Source: Macrostomum hystrix (taxonomy: Eukaryota; Animalia; Platyhelminthes). Taken from it: a stretch of DNA of 64,000 bases. Made by a program: the position numbers and the translations under genes. Of this stretch, positions 11,181 to 23,976 are shown piece after piece (within the stretch, counting starts at the first letter, position 1; each line of letters begins with the position of its first letter). The notes beneath the pieces are model-generated. The model ran no database searches. It was not told the origin of the DNA and saw nothing but the letters and a program-made list of their open reading frames with translations. The stretch spans positions 4,278,001 to 4,342,000 of the forward strand of contig CATNEN010000039.1 of NCBI GenBank assembly GCA_950097015.1, read 5' to 3'.

Positions 11181-13165
11181 ATGTCCAAGGAGGCAGCCAG
11201 TACCGAACTGATTCGCGAAAAGGCAACGCAGCTAAAGCGCCTTCTGATTGAAGACCAGGCCAGCTCTGACGCTAACAGCAGCAAGTTCAAGGATGTCGAG
11301 ACAGCAACTCGGCGATTGTGCGCTCATCTTGACGAATTCTTTAATCAAGCTCAGCGGAAGCTGGAGCGGCGCAGAGTTGAGCTGCTGGCAGCTCTTGACC
11401 GGCAAGCGGCGGCTGCTGCGGCTGCGGGAGCGGGCTCAGATCGGGCACTTCTTATCGAAGCGGAGGCGGCTGTCTCAGCCGATGATGCAGAAATGGCCTC
11501 TGGTGACCTGCTGCGCCGCCTAAACGAGTCCATTGCTCTTCGAAAGCGTTCTCGCGTCAACTCCGATGCTATTGACGTCGCCGAGGCTGAGCGCCGTGCT
11601 CTTCGCCTTCTGGCGTGTCTGCAGCTCGACTGGATCTCTCATGGTGACTGTGACCTGGAAGATGCAGAGGGCGATGACTCCGAATGGCGGCGGCAGCGTC
11701 GGGCAGATGACCCGTTTTGTGCTCCAGATGTCCACGTGTCTGCTCAGTCGTCGTCAAGAGTATCCGCATACGGTGAGCTCCCAGTCACCAAGCCTATCGA
11801 CTTTTCCCACGTTCTGTCACCATCTGGTGTTGCTCAGGTTAATATATCTAACAGCTCACCTGGTCAATATGGCCAGATTCAAGCTGGTTCTTCTGACAGC
11901 TCACCTGGTCAATATGGCCACATTCAAGCTGGTTCTTCAACCAGTTCTTGCATATATTCACCAAAGCCGGCTTTTGTCACCAACAGCAAAGTCGCTTTCA
12001 CGCAGCCTCTTTCTACCGGCAGTTTTGCTTCAGCAAAGTCTCTAATGGTTGAAGAAACGCCGATGCCAGCCTCTCACGAGACAAATCACTTTGAAATGCT
12101 TAATTCAGCATGGAACATTCAGGATGGAAGTTATTGTGGCTCCAGTGTGAATATCAGTTCCTCAGAGTCATCAGAAGGCGAATATATGACTGACGTTCGC
12201 ACCGTCGGGGCACCGAAGTCGCTCACTTACATTCATGGGATTTTCTACACCGTAGAAGGTGGCTGCATTCGCAAATACCGCTGGCAGGATGGCCAATGCA
12301 TGGGCAAGCTGAGCCTAGAGGATGAAGACGGTTGTTCTGTGGATGTGCGTCCATTTTGTGTTAGGAGCTGCAGCACAAATGACTGGTTATTGATTGTTGA
12401 CAATGAAAATTCTCGCATCTTATGTGTCGACTCTGACGGTACTGTTCGATTTCAAGTTGGACCTCGAGTTAGCGCAAGGTAAGTCCTGATTTTCGGTTCT
12501 GTCTGTAGCCTGAACCGAATATAAATTGCATAATAATACTTGTTTTTTCATCAATATATTTTTTTGTATTTATTTACTACAGTTGCTCTTGCTGTCTAAT
12601 ACTAACTGATTTTAGATACTCCCTTGACGGACCGGAACAAGCTGTTAGCAATGGGAGCCACCTCTTCATCTGCTGCTCAACTATAGCGATTTTTATCGTA
12701 AGAATCTGCGATGGCCGAAGTGTCACTCAGAAAATCGAGCATCTGGGCCTGACAGCGCCCATCAGGCTTGCCTGGAGCCATTGCAGCGGTCGTTTAGTTG
12801 TCTTAGACAATGAATCTGATGATGCACCTTTCACTTTACACACTTACGCTGTCACTGGTTGCGGAACAGGGGGTCTTGCCAGGGCGAGCATCTTTGGTGT
12901 TGAAGTGGAATCAGACCATGATCCAGATATTATTTGCTTGCCAGAGTCCGATCGATTGGTTTTAACCTGCGGCAAGGCGATGGTTAAGCAGATGGATAGC
13001 GAAAGCTTCTATGATTCCAAGCCAACGCTGCGTACTTTGTGCGTGTCGGGCGATTGGAAGCTCCTCTCAGACATTTGCGTCATACACGAAGACTTGGTGG
13101 CCGTCTCCGACAAGCGTGCAAAATGGATTCGAATCCTCGAAACATACCCGAGCAGTTCCTGCTGA
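11181..13165 (+). CDS. G5: coiled-coil + beta-propeller family protein; exons 11181-12478 and 12616-13165 (~615 aa)
   Basis: Phase-2 intron AG|GTAAGT...ttttag|A gives GPRVSAR-YSLDGPEQA, in frame with ORF 12905..13165. N-terminal FFNQA..LERRR and RRADDPF motifs; internal 45-bp duplication (SSPGQYGxIQAGSS x2) near 11852-11940. Confidence 0.85.
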
Positions 13166-13348
13166 GTCTTCGCTTCTGCCACAGCGTCTATCGCTTTATC
13201 GCTTTCAGTGTTAAAAACAATCGTTTTCGTTACTTGGTTTTATTTTGTTGCTAGGCGTGAAGCAGTTGATTAATCACTTACATACTTTTTCTCTACAGCT
13301 AAACGCACTTATCTGTAGCCGAATTCGGATTGTTTTTACATTCAGATT

Positions 13349-13804
13349 TACACGGTCTTACATTTTTATTTGAGCCAGCGTGCGGGAATGAAGGCAGTCG
13401 TGCAGGAATGAAATAATCTATGGCCAAATCTCCACTGTTTTACAGATGGACATCGTGCAGGAATGGTAGCTTAATACCAGGCTTTTGCGTGCGGAAATTT
13501 CTATGGCACTCGTGCGCAGGCACATTATTTTCTCGCCTTTAGTTTCTCCCCATAGACATAAATTCATTCGCCGTGCCATTTCATTCATTCTGCGTTAAAT
13601 AAACTCGTTTCCTACAGTTTGAAAAGGCGTGCGGTAATGCCACCGCCATTACCGCACGCTTTTTGGACTTCTCTTAAGTCCAACGCATACGAAATCACCA
13701 TAGACATTTGTCATTTCCGCAGGCTAAAAAGTATTATATCGCAGCTAGGCGAGATGATAATGACACTCTCCGTTCCTGCACACAAACAATTTATTTATAT
13801 GTAT
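13349..13804. mobile_element. Possible non-autonomous DNA element (MITE-like)
   Basis: Repeated cgtgc(a/g)ggaatg motifs on the left arm, reverse-complement copies (cattaccgcacg, cgttcctgcac) on the right arm, and several ccatagac/tctatgg motifs; termini only loosely inverted. Confidence 0.35.
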
Positions 13805-14883
13805 TTGATTTATTTTTAACCCCCTCTCTCTTTCCTCCCTCCACACTTTATTCTTAATATGAATTTCGCGCACCTGTGCTTTTCCCATTGACGCACTCGT
13901 AAGCGTTCAAGAATTATACGTTCCCGTTTTCTTATTTATAATAAAATGCCACCAATAAATTATCTTTTGAAAGTTTCATCTCAATTTTTTCATCATGCTC
14001 GTATTTGTTCTTAATAGTTATATAATACCATAATAACGCCCTTATCTTTATGCGGATTCGCCTTGTTTCAACTGGTTCTTACCTACAGTTTTCTACTTAA
14101 AGCCACAGATTTTTTGTTTTGTAGCCTTTCTCACAATTTTTTTTCAGCATAGGCATAATAGGTCAAAAAATTATATAATACCTTAATATCATATAAATAA
14201 AAAACTGCTTCATCTAACCTTTCATTTTCTATTCAGTTTTATATCGGAATGTATCAGGCAATTCCACTTTCACAAAAAATCAAGCACATTTTAATTACTA
14301 GTGCGAAAACGACATATTCTCGCAGTTGTAGGTTTTCATACTTTGCTGCAGATTTATTTTATTAGATTTATTAGATGTCTGCATTTACTCTTAGATTTAT
14401 TAGATAGAAATCTAAGAAATCATAAAATATTTAAATCTGCAATGAGAGAACGTTCTGAACAATTCCAAACGGGGTTAGCGTGAGGCTCTTTATGCCGAGG
14501 TTCAAATATATTTTACCTAAGATATAGGGAGGGGCTGAAAGGTAGATCGTAAAAGGCCCAGAGGGTAAGACATGAAAAGGAGTCGTTAGGAATGAGAGAC
14601 AAGCAAGGCGCCAGTCAGAGACGATGGGAGAGAAAAATGAATGGAAGATTATCTAAGAAGTTTAATTGACAGAGGGAGAAAAAAAGTGAAGTATAAAGGC
14701 ACGTGACAAAGTGAACAAAAGCACGGAGAGAGGGAAGTTAATAACAAGTTATATTTTTTAATCCGATAGTGTACCAGCACAATAGAAATTGGATGCCTTT
14801 TGAATAAAGATTCGCGTCCATTTTTCCTCTCCATACACGACTCGATTTCACCTTTCAGCATCTAGCCTTCACGTCGAACTCAA

Positions 14884-16573
14884 ATGCAAAACTTCTCAGC
14901 ATCGCAGCCGCAGCTGCTGCGCGCTCGACTGAACAGCTACTTTAAAGAGGCGCTCGACAGGCTAAACATTCATCGATCCGAGATCAACCGCGAACTGGAC
15001 GTGTTGATTTCAGCGACGTCGGAGTCGCCGACTGTGATTAAACTCGGCCTGGATCTGGCCGAAGTTGAGAACCGATTTACTCGCTTCTTGGACTGTCTGC
15101 AACTCGACTGGTCACCAGATCGTCCGAAGACTGAGTGCCATCCATTTGCCGACAGGTCAAAAGATCAAAAGACAACGGCACGGCAATGAACACCAGATAT
15201 GTTATGTTGTCTGATCAGCCCATCAATTTTCTAGATTTTTATCTCCGAATAGTGAAAACGCTGGCACCGTTAAGCAAGGCACATGCACCACAACTGCCTC
15301 TGTTGAGTTTGTTCTTAATCGTAACAATAACAACGCTGAAGCTCCTGCTCCACGCATTCAGGTGCACTTGATGAACAATCTGGCCTCTTCTAGTGTTCCT
15401 TGCAGCAACAGCGCTGCTACTAAAACTTATCCTAGTCCAGTTCGCAACGCTTCAGCTTCCAGTGGTCGAAGCACCGTAGCCAGCAGGAGGTCGTCGTGTG
15501 TTGAAGTGTTTCACACAATGAACTCACCATATTCTGTGGCATATATTCACAATAGATTTTACACGGTTGAGAAGTACTCTGTTTGTAGCTACGATGCGGT
15601 CAATGGCAACTTTCTTGGTAAGCTGCGAGTGACCGATTTCAATGGAGAGACCATTCTTGGTATTCGAGCCTACAGACTGGCTGCATGCCCAACCAACAAC
15701 TTGCTGCTTGTGGTTGACAAGACCAACTGTACCGTGAAGTGCGTCGACTTAAAAAATCGTGAATTTTTGTGTATTGGGCCTCAAGTTAGCGCTAGGTGTG
15801 TTGCAGGTGAGCGCTAGATTATTTAAAAAATAGACAAGTACAATATTCTAGCGTGTCGTCTCGATGTAGGAATGTACTTTACAAGTTTTGGCATAAGTTA
15901 AGGCATTGTAGAAGTATATATGACTGCAGGCTAAAATAATATTTGAACTCTGTTTCTGCAAGTACTCCCTTGAAGATCCCGTACAAGCCTTGAGCAATGG
16001 CACCGAGATCTTTGTCTGCTGCCCGTCCATCGGTATTTTCATAGTAGCCATCAGCAGTGATTGCTGTTGCAGCAGCCCTGCCCACGTGGTGACGCAAACC
16101 TGTGACTACTTGGGGCTGGAGCGACCGATTTACATAGCTTGGTGCGATTCCGCCGGTCATCTGGTCGTGCTGGACGACAACAATGGCCTGTACGTGGCCC
16201 ACGCTTACGAGTACTCTTGTCGTTACGATATTTCTGGCGGTCTAGTCAGGAGTAGCGATTTCTATGCTCGTTTTGAGTCTATTATAGTGTCCCAGAGATT
16301 GTGTATCTGCCGAGCGGCGGTGTTGGTAACGCGCCATTGGCCGTTATTGTTGATTTCTGCAACTTGATGCAATTCAGCGACGAGTGCTTCTGTCGTCTGG
16401 ACCTGCTCCCGCTGCGTCCGTTGCGTTATCGCGTTTGTGACGGCGGCGGCGACGACTTTCATCGTCTGACCGGCCTGTGCTGGTTGGGCGATTCAGTCGG
16501 CGAAAGTGCCAGTCAGTTGGCTGTGTGCGACAAGAGCAGCTGGCGAGTCATTGTGCTGCAGCTCAAATGCTGA
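14884..16573 (+). pseudogene. G6: probable pseudogene of the coiled-coil + propeller family (G5-like)
   Basis: Homology to G5 is split over four ORFs. Lesions: 8-bp duplication tcaaaaga (~15157-15172), 1-bp loss in a T run (~15230), conserved phase-2 intron acceptor reading ctgcaa instead of ctgcag (~15961), and a further frameshift near 16288. Confidence 0.7.
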
Positions 16574-17099
16574 TCGACTGCAGGACAGAATTATCTTGGC
16601 TATTAATAAAGCTTGTGACTTCTGTTTGGATAGCAATTTTTTCATGACCTTCGCTGTTGCAGTCAGGCTTTACGAGATTCCTGAGCGGGCCATGCTCAAC
16701 TCGCTCAGATTTGTAGGCATTTTCAAACAGTTTTAGTAGAATTTTTAGTTTTGTAACTCAAAACCTTCTAAAAGCGCATTTTCTATCTATTAGTGTGATT
16801 TCTTAGTTAGAATTAAAAAATTTCATTTTTGTGTTATACAAATAGTCGTATCTTTTTTCGGTGCTACTTGAATTTCAGTTAATGACGTAGATTGTCACTT
16901 TTTGCAGCGAACTTGCTTAAATACACATAAAAGCTGATCCATCTTTTGAAAAAATGCTCAATATTTGTTTGCTGCTCTCTCTCTTTTCATTTCTTTGAGG
17001 TTTTTTTATTGACCACAGTAATGCTACGAGCTTGCAGCTATTCACAATTTACGAATAAACTGCGAACCCTTTCAGCACCAGCACCAACTGGCTCAGCTG

Positions 17100-20000
17100 A
17101 TGGCGGAGATCACTGCAAAGGCGGTTCAGCTGAGGTCCTTGTCAAGCCGTTCGTCCGAAAACAAAGAACTGCTTTGTCGGGTGAACAGCTTCTTCAACGA
17201 AGCCATTGCTCGGCTTGAGGCTCGCAGATCTGAACTGCTAAGCAATATCCAGGAGCATTCTTTGACACATGATCAGGAGAAGGACATTCTTAAAGTTGTC
17301 GACAAGTTGGAGAAACTCGGTGTTGCTGCTGCTAAGTCGACGAGCTCGGCATTAGTTAATGATGCCGAAGAGAAGCTGCGTGCTTGGCAGAGTCGCGAGT
17401 CTGAGCTGCTGCAAGTTGGCCAGTTTAATACTCAACTGCCGATGCGACGTTTTGAGCGACTACTGGAGAGTCTCGTGATCGTCTGGCAGGACGAGTGGGT
17501 GAGCAGACGCCAGGCCGACAATCCATTCGCCCAAGCCGGCGCTGAGCTGGATCTGAGTGACGATGATATGGGACTGCAATACTCGGCCTATCAGCTTCCT
17601 CACTCCGCCAAGCTGCGCCCTGAAATCAATAATAATGGAGTCCAAGTGAGTAAAATTAGGGCACTATGGCGGAAGGCCTTTAAGTTTAAGAGATGGAATG
17701 GCAGCGAAGATCGTTGGCTGCATTGCGCGTATATGTGTTAGAGGGGCCTAGAGAAGTGCGAAAAAGTGGCGTGACTTCGCACAACTCCCCGGCTTAGCGA
17801 GTCGGCTGGCTGGGCGCACAAAGCCCACCTGAACTAGACTGAGGTTGAGGGGTTTGGAGTTCAGCTGCAGTAGCGCTGGCCGGTCGCGTATTGACTGGCC
17901 GCCACAGCACAACAAAGCTTTGGTTATTGAGTTATTAGCTAAAAATACATGTCCTTCTTTTATTTTAGACCTCAAAATTGAACCCAGCGCTGTCTACTCG
18001 TGAAGCCGGTGCTTGGAGCGCCGCCTCAAAGTCTGCGTACTGCAAGAGTGCAGTCGTTGCAGCTGGTGTAAGACGTGCATCCGTACCAGCCAGTAAGAGC
18101 GGCCCAACGCCTTCCGTTTGTAGCAAAAGTGGCTGCTCAGCTGTTCAAGCGCTCGAATTTTTATCATCATACAGCCCTGAAAAATACGTCTCCACTATTG
18201 CCGCTAGTCAATTTCGAACTTTGGCACCAGCTGTTGACACGGACAGATCCAAGACACGTGTCTTCATGCCACCCATCGGCTCATCTGCCTTCGCATCAAG
18301 CTTCGAAAAAGTAAGAGGCTATCTATCACCGCATTCTGGAAGGCCTTCTTTGTATACCACCTGCACAGGTGTACCTGTAGCGTCAACTGCACGTGTGTCA
18401 ACTGCAGCTGTGTCAACTGCAGCTGTTTCAACTGCACGTGTGTCAACTGCAGCTGTGTCAACTGCAGCTGTTTCAACTGCACGTGTGTCAACTGCAGCTG
18501 TGTCAACTGCAGCTGTTTCAACTGCACGTGTGTCAACTGCACGTGTGTCAACTGCACGTGTGTCAACTGCAGCTGTTTCAACTGCAGCTGTTTCAACTGC
18601 AGCTGTTTCAACTGCACGTGTGTCAACTGTTGGAGAGCATTCAATGCTGAATTCAGGCAAAATTGACGTGGCGCCAAGTGCTGGAACAGTTGCTGAGAAA
18701 ACAGTTGTTGCTGATTGGTCCTCAAACAAACTTACTCCGAACAACGGCTCATCGCCATTGACCTATAAGCAGAGTTTTAGGCTTCGCAACCAGCCCTGGT
18801 CACTAGCATACCTATCTGGCCAGTACTTTTCAAGTGAGCTTCCAATGAAAGAGCTCTCTGTCTATTCCAAAGATGGTAGTTTCAACAGGACGTTTCCTTC
18901 AGTCCATTCTGCGTATCAAGTTCGCTCATTCCATCAATGGCAAGCGCTTATTTTAGTGAATAAGTTCAGCAGTAAAGTTCAAATTATTTCTCAGCAGAAC
19001 GGCGACTTGATTTTGAATGTCGGTCCGAAGTTTAGCTGCGTGTAAGTTACCTGTTTGTCACCTAGCTCTCTTTGTTACCTGCTTATTAAATGACTCATAT
19101 AGATAAGCAGAGCAATTTTCAAGCATTTTTTCTTAAGACCAATCTATATTTTAAACTTTCACGGGGTCGATAATGCCGTAAACGGGGCGGTATAAAACGT
19201 CGCGAATATAAAGATTTGGTGATAGTTAAACTTTGTGACGACTTCACAACGACTTCTCGCTATCGTTTTGCTGATTTTAAATCAGGAAAAACTATACGTG
19301 AGCGGAATGGGCAAATACCCTGACAACGCCACAGAAGCGATGAGTCACGTTTAGGGTGACACTTTGGCACAACGTTCTTACACAATTTCAATTGTTCAAA
19401 GTTGATGTGCTTCGTAACTAAAATTTTTAATTACGTTGAGCGCTCAAAGATTTTTATCGGATGAACTATTTGCCGTCTCGTTTTTCAAAGACAGTTCAAG
19501 GGCATAATATTCCGGTTACAATGACAAAATACATGCCAAACGATTGAGCTGCTATTCATTGTTATAGCAAAATATACACAATTTACTTATATAGTTTTTC
19601 CTATGCCGACAATACTTTCTAGCCACAATCTAGTTGCACCCGAGGATGCCGCATGCACCGCGGACCTGCTGGCAATCTGCTCACCAAATTACGGCATCTA
19701 CGTGGTGTCGCTGACTGCGCCAATAACTTGCAAAGCGATGCTTGCACTTGACAAGCTGCGGCTGACTGCGCCGGTCCGTCTAGCGTGGAATCTGAAATCC
19801 GGCAGGCTTTTCGTTTTAGATCAGGTCGCGCCAGCGACTTACAGCCTGTGCGACTTTAAACTAACAACCTACAAGACAACCATTGAAGCTAGCGAATCCA
19901 ACTGGCGCAGAGAAACCATTCGGTCTTCTGTGCCACCCTGCATGGAGTGGGTCGGAGACCGACTCCTGCTGTGCTGCCGGTCCCCAAACCAGGCTACTTC

Positions 20001-20160
20001 ATTTATGAGCATTCTCGATTCGATCTCCGTTCCGATCAGCTTTCGATCAGTTATCATGCCAATGTCCGCGGTCAGTCTCTGTCCACTAGAGACAGGGGAC
20101 ATTGCGATCTGTGGCGACGACCAACGAGTTTACGTTGTTGAACGTAAAGTTTTGATTTAA
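17100..20160 (+). CDS. G7: coiled-coil + VSTA(A/R) repeat linker + beta-propeller; exons 17100-17645, 17969-19041, 19623-20160 (~718 aa)
   Basis: CAA|GTGAGT...ttttag|ACC (phase 0) and GT|GTAAGT...ttctag|C (phase 2) join ORFs 17100, 17978 and 19603 in frame; RRQADNPF motif; propeller resembles that of G4. Confidence 0.85.
18381..18630 (+). repeat. Coding 15-bp minisatellite (VSTAA/VSTAR, about 16 units) in G7
   Basis: Units gt(g/t)tcaactgca(gct/cgt) in frame within ORF 17978..19045. Confidence 0.95.
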
Positions 20161-21584
20161 ATGTGACATGTTTAGCATTGCATGATTTTGACTGGCGTTT
20201 CATTTTTTTAGCACGCCTGCTTTTATCTGTCCCGCTAAACTGGCCATACATCTGGCCATAGGCGTTTAAAGCGTACAGCAATACATAATTGTACACTCAG
20301 ACTACATAATTGTTGCACGCTTAAACTGTCTATGGGTAAGAAGTGCCCAAAATCATATAATTCCACTAAAGAATGAAGAAAGTGCTCTAATGATTTTAGA
20401 ACGCTCAGGTGTGCAGATAATGATTGTACTCTATTGACCTATGGCCAAGTACGCTCGTAACCAATCTGTTTCACGTCCTACAATGCGTCTCAACACACAA
20501 AACACAATGTTTTGCAACACTATAAACCTAGTGTCAATCCTTCATCATCTGATTGCATTTATGTATGACAGCCACAGTAAGTCCTAATTTTTAATTCTAA
20601 GCAGTAAAACCTAAATCGCCAAGCAAATAAATCACTCGACCACCCACATGAAATGTTTCTCTTTCAAGCGGAAATTTTGTTGTACACAAGAATGCGCCAC
20701 TCGCATGGCGTAGTATCTGGAGGAGTCCACTGAACTGCCCAGACAGTATAGTCTGTGGTCTGGTGATGCATTGCTGGCTCAAAGGATTCTATTGTGCTTG
20801 GCAATTTACCCATCATTACCATAGACAACAAGCATAGAAGATTTTAACTCATGCAATTTTCTTACCTTGGATTCAATTGCTTGTTCATGGGCTTAACTAG
20901 CATGCAAAAATGTCTCAGAATGTTTTTAGCCACTTCAACAATGCAACGTTATTTTTTTAGTTATTTTTCATCCAACTCTCTAAAGGTGTTTCAAGCATAG
21001 CAGCTGCTCATCATCACTAATATACTCGCATTATATTAGTCCTATTCTTTATTAGCAGTTTTTACTTTTATCTAAAATCATAACAAATAATTGCTGTCAA
21101 TTTCGAATGCTATTTTCATCTTAGCTCAGCATTTTGTACTCCATCAGTGTTTTATTTGACGATTTTGGCTAAAAATCTACTTTAAAGGCATTTTCTAAAA
21201 TGTATCACAATGCTATCCATACATGCCACTTACTGCTACTACAAGTAGAATTCGGGCTTATTTGCTTCGTCTCATGTTGGTAGCTTACGTCAATGTGTGC
21301 TCAAGGCTAAAATAGTGCCACTTGTTTAATGCTCAACATTTTTTGCAATACTTTAGTCGCATTTCATTGCAATTTAGTCGCAATTTTTACCATCCTTTTG
21401 GCCTATGCATTTCCTGTTTTGAATAAATAAAGTAATGGGGCTGCATTGCTGCTGCCCGCATTTCACATCTCTGTGCGTTCCTTCTATTTTCTGAATTTTC
21501 CTGCGACCTTCCTCGCAGTGGAATAGTGTTTAGGAAGTCAGGAAGGTTGTAAAGTTGGATCAGACCCCGACCTTTAAGCCTTTT

Positions 21585-21836
21585 ATAATAATAATAATCA
21601 TCATCATCATTGCAGAGAGGCTGTGGGGACTAGCACATTATTTTGTGACACTAGACCCGCAGCCAGCGAGGAGGCCATTCTGCCCATTTCGCTGACTCCT
21701 GAGCACACACGGATACCGTACGCAGGCACACACGTACACCGGGTCTGTACATCTGCCCTGACTTTCTCATCGTCAGGCAGTGTACACTGTCACTGTGCCT
21801 TGGAGGTTGAAACACAAGGGCGTAAATTGCACCAGC
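21585..21836 (-). mobile_element. SINE family A, 5'-truncated copy
   Basis: Reverse complement of the 3' two-thirds of the 27896-28276 copy (ctgccctgactttctcatcgtcaggcagtgtacact; gacccgcagccagcgaggaggc), with a short tandem tail. Confidence 0.85.
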
Positions 21837-22154
21837 CTTATCACGTACCTCAGGGAGTGTTAATCTTTTTTTGCGTACAGATATCCTCAAAATCCAGCCA
21901 TTTATCACTATGGTATACTCGGTGCTCAGTGAATTAACTACACCGCCAAACGACCATTCTTCATTTCTCCGAGTTCATAATCTCTGGGGTTAAGCTGACT
22001 ATCACAAGGTATCAACCTAATTAATCAATTGCCTTCATTAACCTTAGCAGGTCCCGTATCTATTTTTACCAGTCTAAGTGATAGTGAAGTGAAGTGACGT
22101 GCATTTTCGATTTTTTTGTTAATGCAAAATCATTTAATCGCATTTCCAGCAGTC

Positions 22155-23270
22155 ATGGATCAAATCCAATCAAAAGCTGCTCAACTTGGCGAGCTGCTTA
22201 ACAAAGTGAGCAGTCATGATCAACTCAGCGCCCAAGTGAATTCCTTTTTTGATGAATCGATTGCCAGGTTTGAGAATCATCGAGCCGATCTACTGAAAGA
22301 GATTCAAAGCCACTCGATTACTGCGGATCAGAAGGTCTGTCTCGCAAGTTTAGTGGCGGAGCTTGATAAGCTCATCAGTGAGGCGCCAGATGAGGCAGCC
22401 GTGTCGGAATCCGAGCGTCTGCTTGACGCCCAGGAGAGGCTCGACGCCTGCCTGAGTCGAGAGCAGGAGCTGCTACAAAGCGGCCAGTTTGACGCACTGT
22501 CGGCGAATAGACATCTGGCTCGGCTGCTGAAAAGCCTCGCTATCGACTGGTCTGACCCATTGACGAGAAAGCGCCAGGCGGACAATCCGTTTTCTTGTAG
22601 CGTTGCTGCGGATGCCTTCGAGTCTGCTGAGAGCGATGACGGTGAGGAGACCGGCGATTTAAACTGCGTAGGCTATCGTGTGGTGGAGAAGGTGGACTTC
22701 AGCCCGTTTCTAAGTGCCAATAAATCCAACGCCAATGCCCGCGAGTTGCAACCTGCTGATACTGCCGATGATGCAAAGCACAATGCGACATATTCCCGCG
22801 GAGCCTCTTTCGCAGAGTTTCCTCGCAGAAGGGGCTACAATATTTTGCCAGGCAACAGAGGTTCTCGCGCCCGGTCCCGGCCTAATGAAACGCGCCCCTT
22901 GGCAAAAGTATCAGGCAACAAGTCAACCGAATCGTCACAGAGCGATCTGGACGAGTCTTTGAAGGTCAAGCTTCCAGGCAAATATCATGACAAAGCTGGC
23001 ATCGTTGACGAATTCTCATCGCCGGGCTACACCACAGCCAGTGCTGCCTCCCGCAGCCGAGGTCGCTTCCCGCGAGTCGCCGCGGCAGGAAATGCTGACA
23101 GCCGTGGCAGGGCGTCGACCCGAGTGCGGTACCAGCGAACTAGACCGGGCGGTAGATCGGGCTCGACTAGAGGAAGGTTTTATTTCAGTTCGGCAACTTT
23201 CACCAACTCATCAAGAGCTGACAGAGAGCAAACTGAATCAACTAATCCATTTGATGACTTCTCTGACTAA
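22155..23270 (+). CDS. G8: family member with the coiled-coil N-terminus only, RG/RGG-rich tail and terminal NPFDDFSD; no propeller (371 aa from ATG 22155)
   Basis: N-terminus aligns with G7 and G9 (QVNSFFDESIARFE..RADLL, ELLQSGQFD, RQADNPF). The ORF ends at an in-frame stop and no propeller exon is seen before G9. Confidence 0.75.
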   Translation: MDQIQSKAAQLGELLNKVSSHDQLSAQVNSFFDESIARFENHRADLLKEIQSHSITADQKVCLASLVAELDKLISEAPDEAAVSESERLLDAQERLDACLSREQELLQSGQFDALSANRHLARLLKSLAIDWSDPLTRKRQADNPFSCSVAADAFESAESDDGEETGDLNCVGYRVVEKVDFSPFLSANKSNANARELQPADTADDAKHNATYSRGASFAEFPRRRGYNILPGNRGSRARSRPNETRPLAKVSGNKSTESSQSDLDESLKVKLPGKYHDKAGIVDEFSSPGYTTASAASRSRGRFPRVAAAGNADSRGRASTRVRYQRTRPGGRSGSTRGRFYFSSATFTNSSRADREQTESTNPFDDFSD

Positions 23271-23301
23271 AAGTTTTTGAGCAGCGAAATTTACTGCGCT
23301 C

Positions 23302-23828
23302 TTAACACTAGAAAGACCACGATCATGGTGGTGATGTATTTCAAATACCCACTGCCTACACCACGATAGTTACCAAACCAAATCACAGATTTTCCTGAAA
23401 TTCCACCATACGGATCAAAATTTTCCGCCATCTACGATGAACTAACTTTCAAAGCCATCCGAAGTCAGCATGGTCGAGATATTCAGCGATTCTGGTAGAA
23501 GACCCTGGTGGCAAGCACAGCTAATATATTATCATATTATCAATAGTAGCCGACATGGTTACATGATAAAATTTTGTGAGCAGAAAAGTTATGTCTACGT
23601 CGTACATTGATGGCTCTTGCCTCTTTAAACCCAGACGAGAATCGTTGAATATATTGACGATGCCGATGATGACGAGGTTTTGTGATTCTAGAAGTTGTTT
23701 AATAGGATAGAGTGGAAGATTTAAGCCCGTGTTCCGGATTTTCATGGCGATCTGTTAAATACTTTAGGCGATACAGAAAAGTTTGGGTATCTGTATTGAT
23801 TGGTCAATTGTGGTCATTCTGCTGTTAA
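23302..23828. mobile_element. TTAA-flanked non-autonomous DNA transposon (piggyBac-like MITE)
   Basis: ttaa-cactagaaagaccac ... gtggtcattctgctg-ttaa imperfect TIRs with TTAA at both ends; a related inverted copy lies at ~39060-39468. Confidence 0.65.
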
Positions 23829-23976
23829 TGGAATGAGTATTTTTTCATTTTGGTTTTTTCGTGACTTAATGTAGGTGTTGTTACTATTGCTACACTGCAC
23901 TCACAGTAGCTGGTGCGTACACCATTTGAAAGTTTTGTTCAAGTTTGAATATGGCGGCAGTTGAGTTAAGCTGCGT

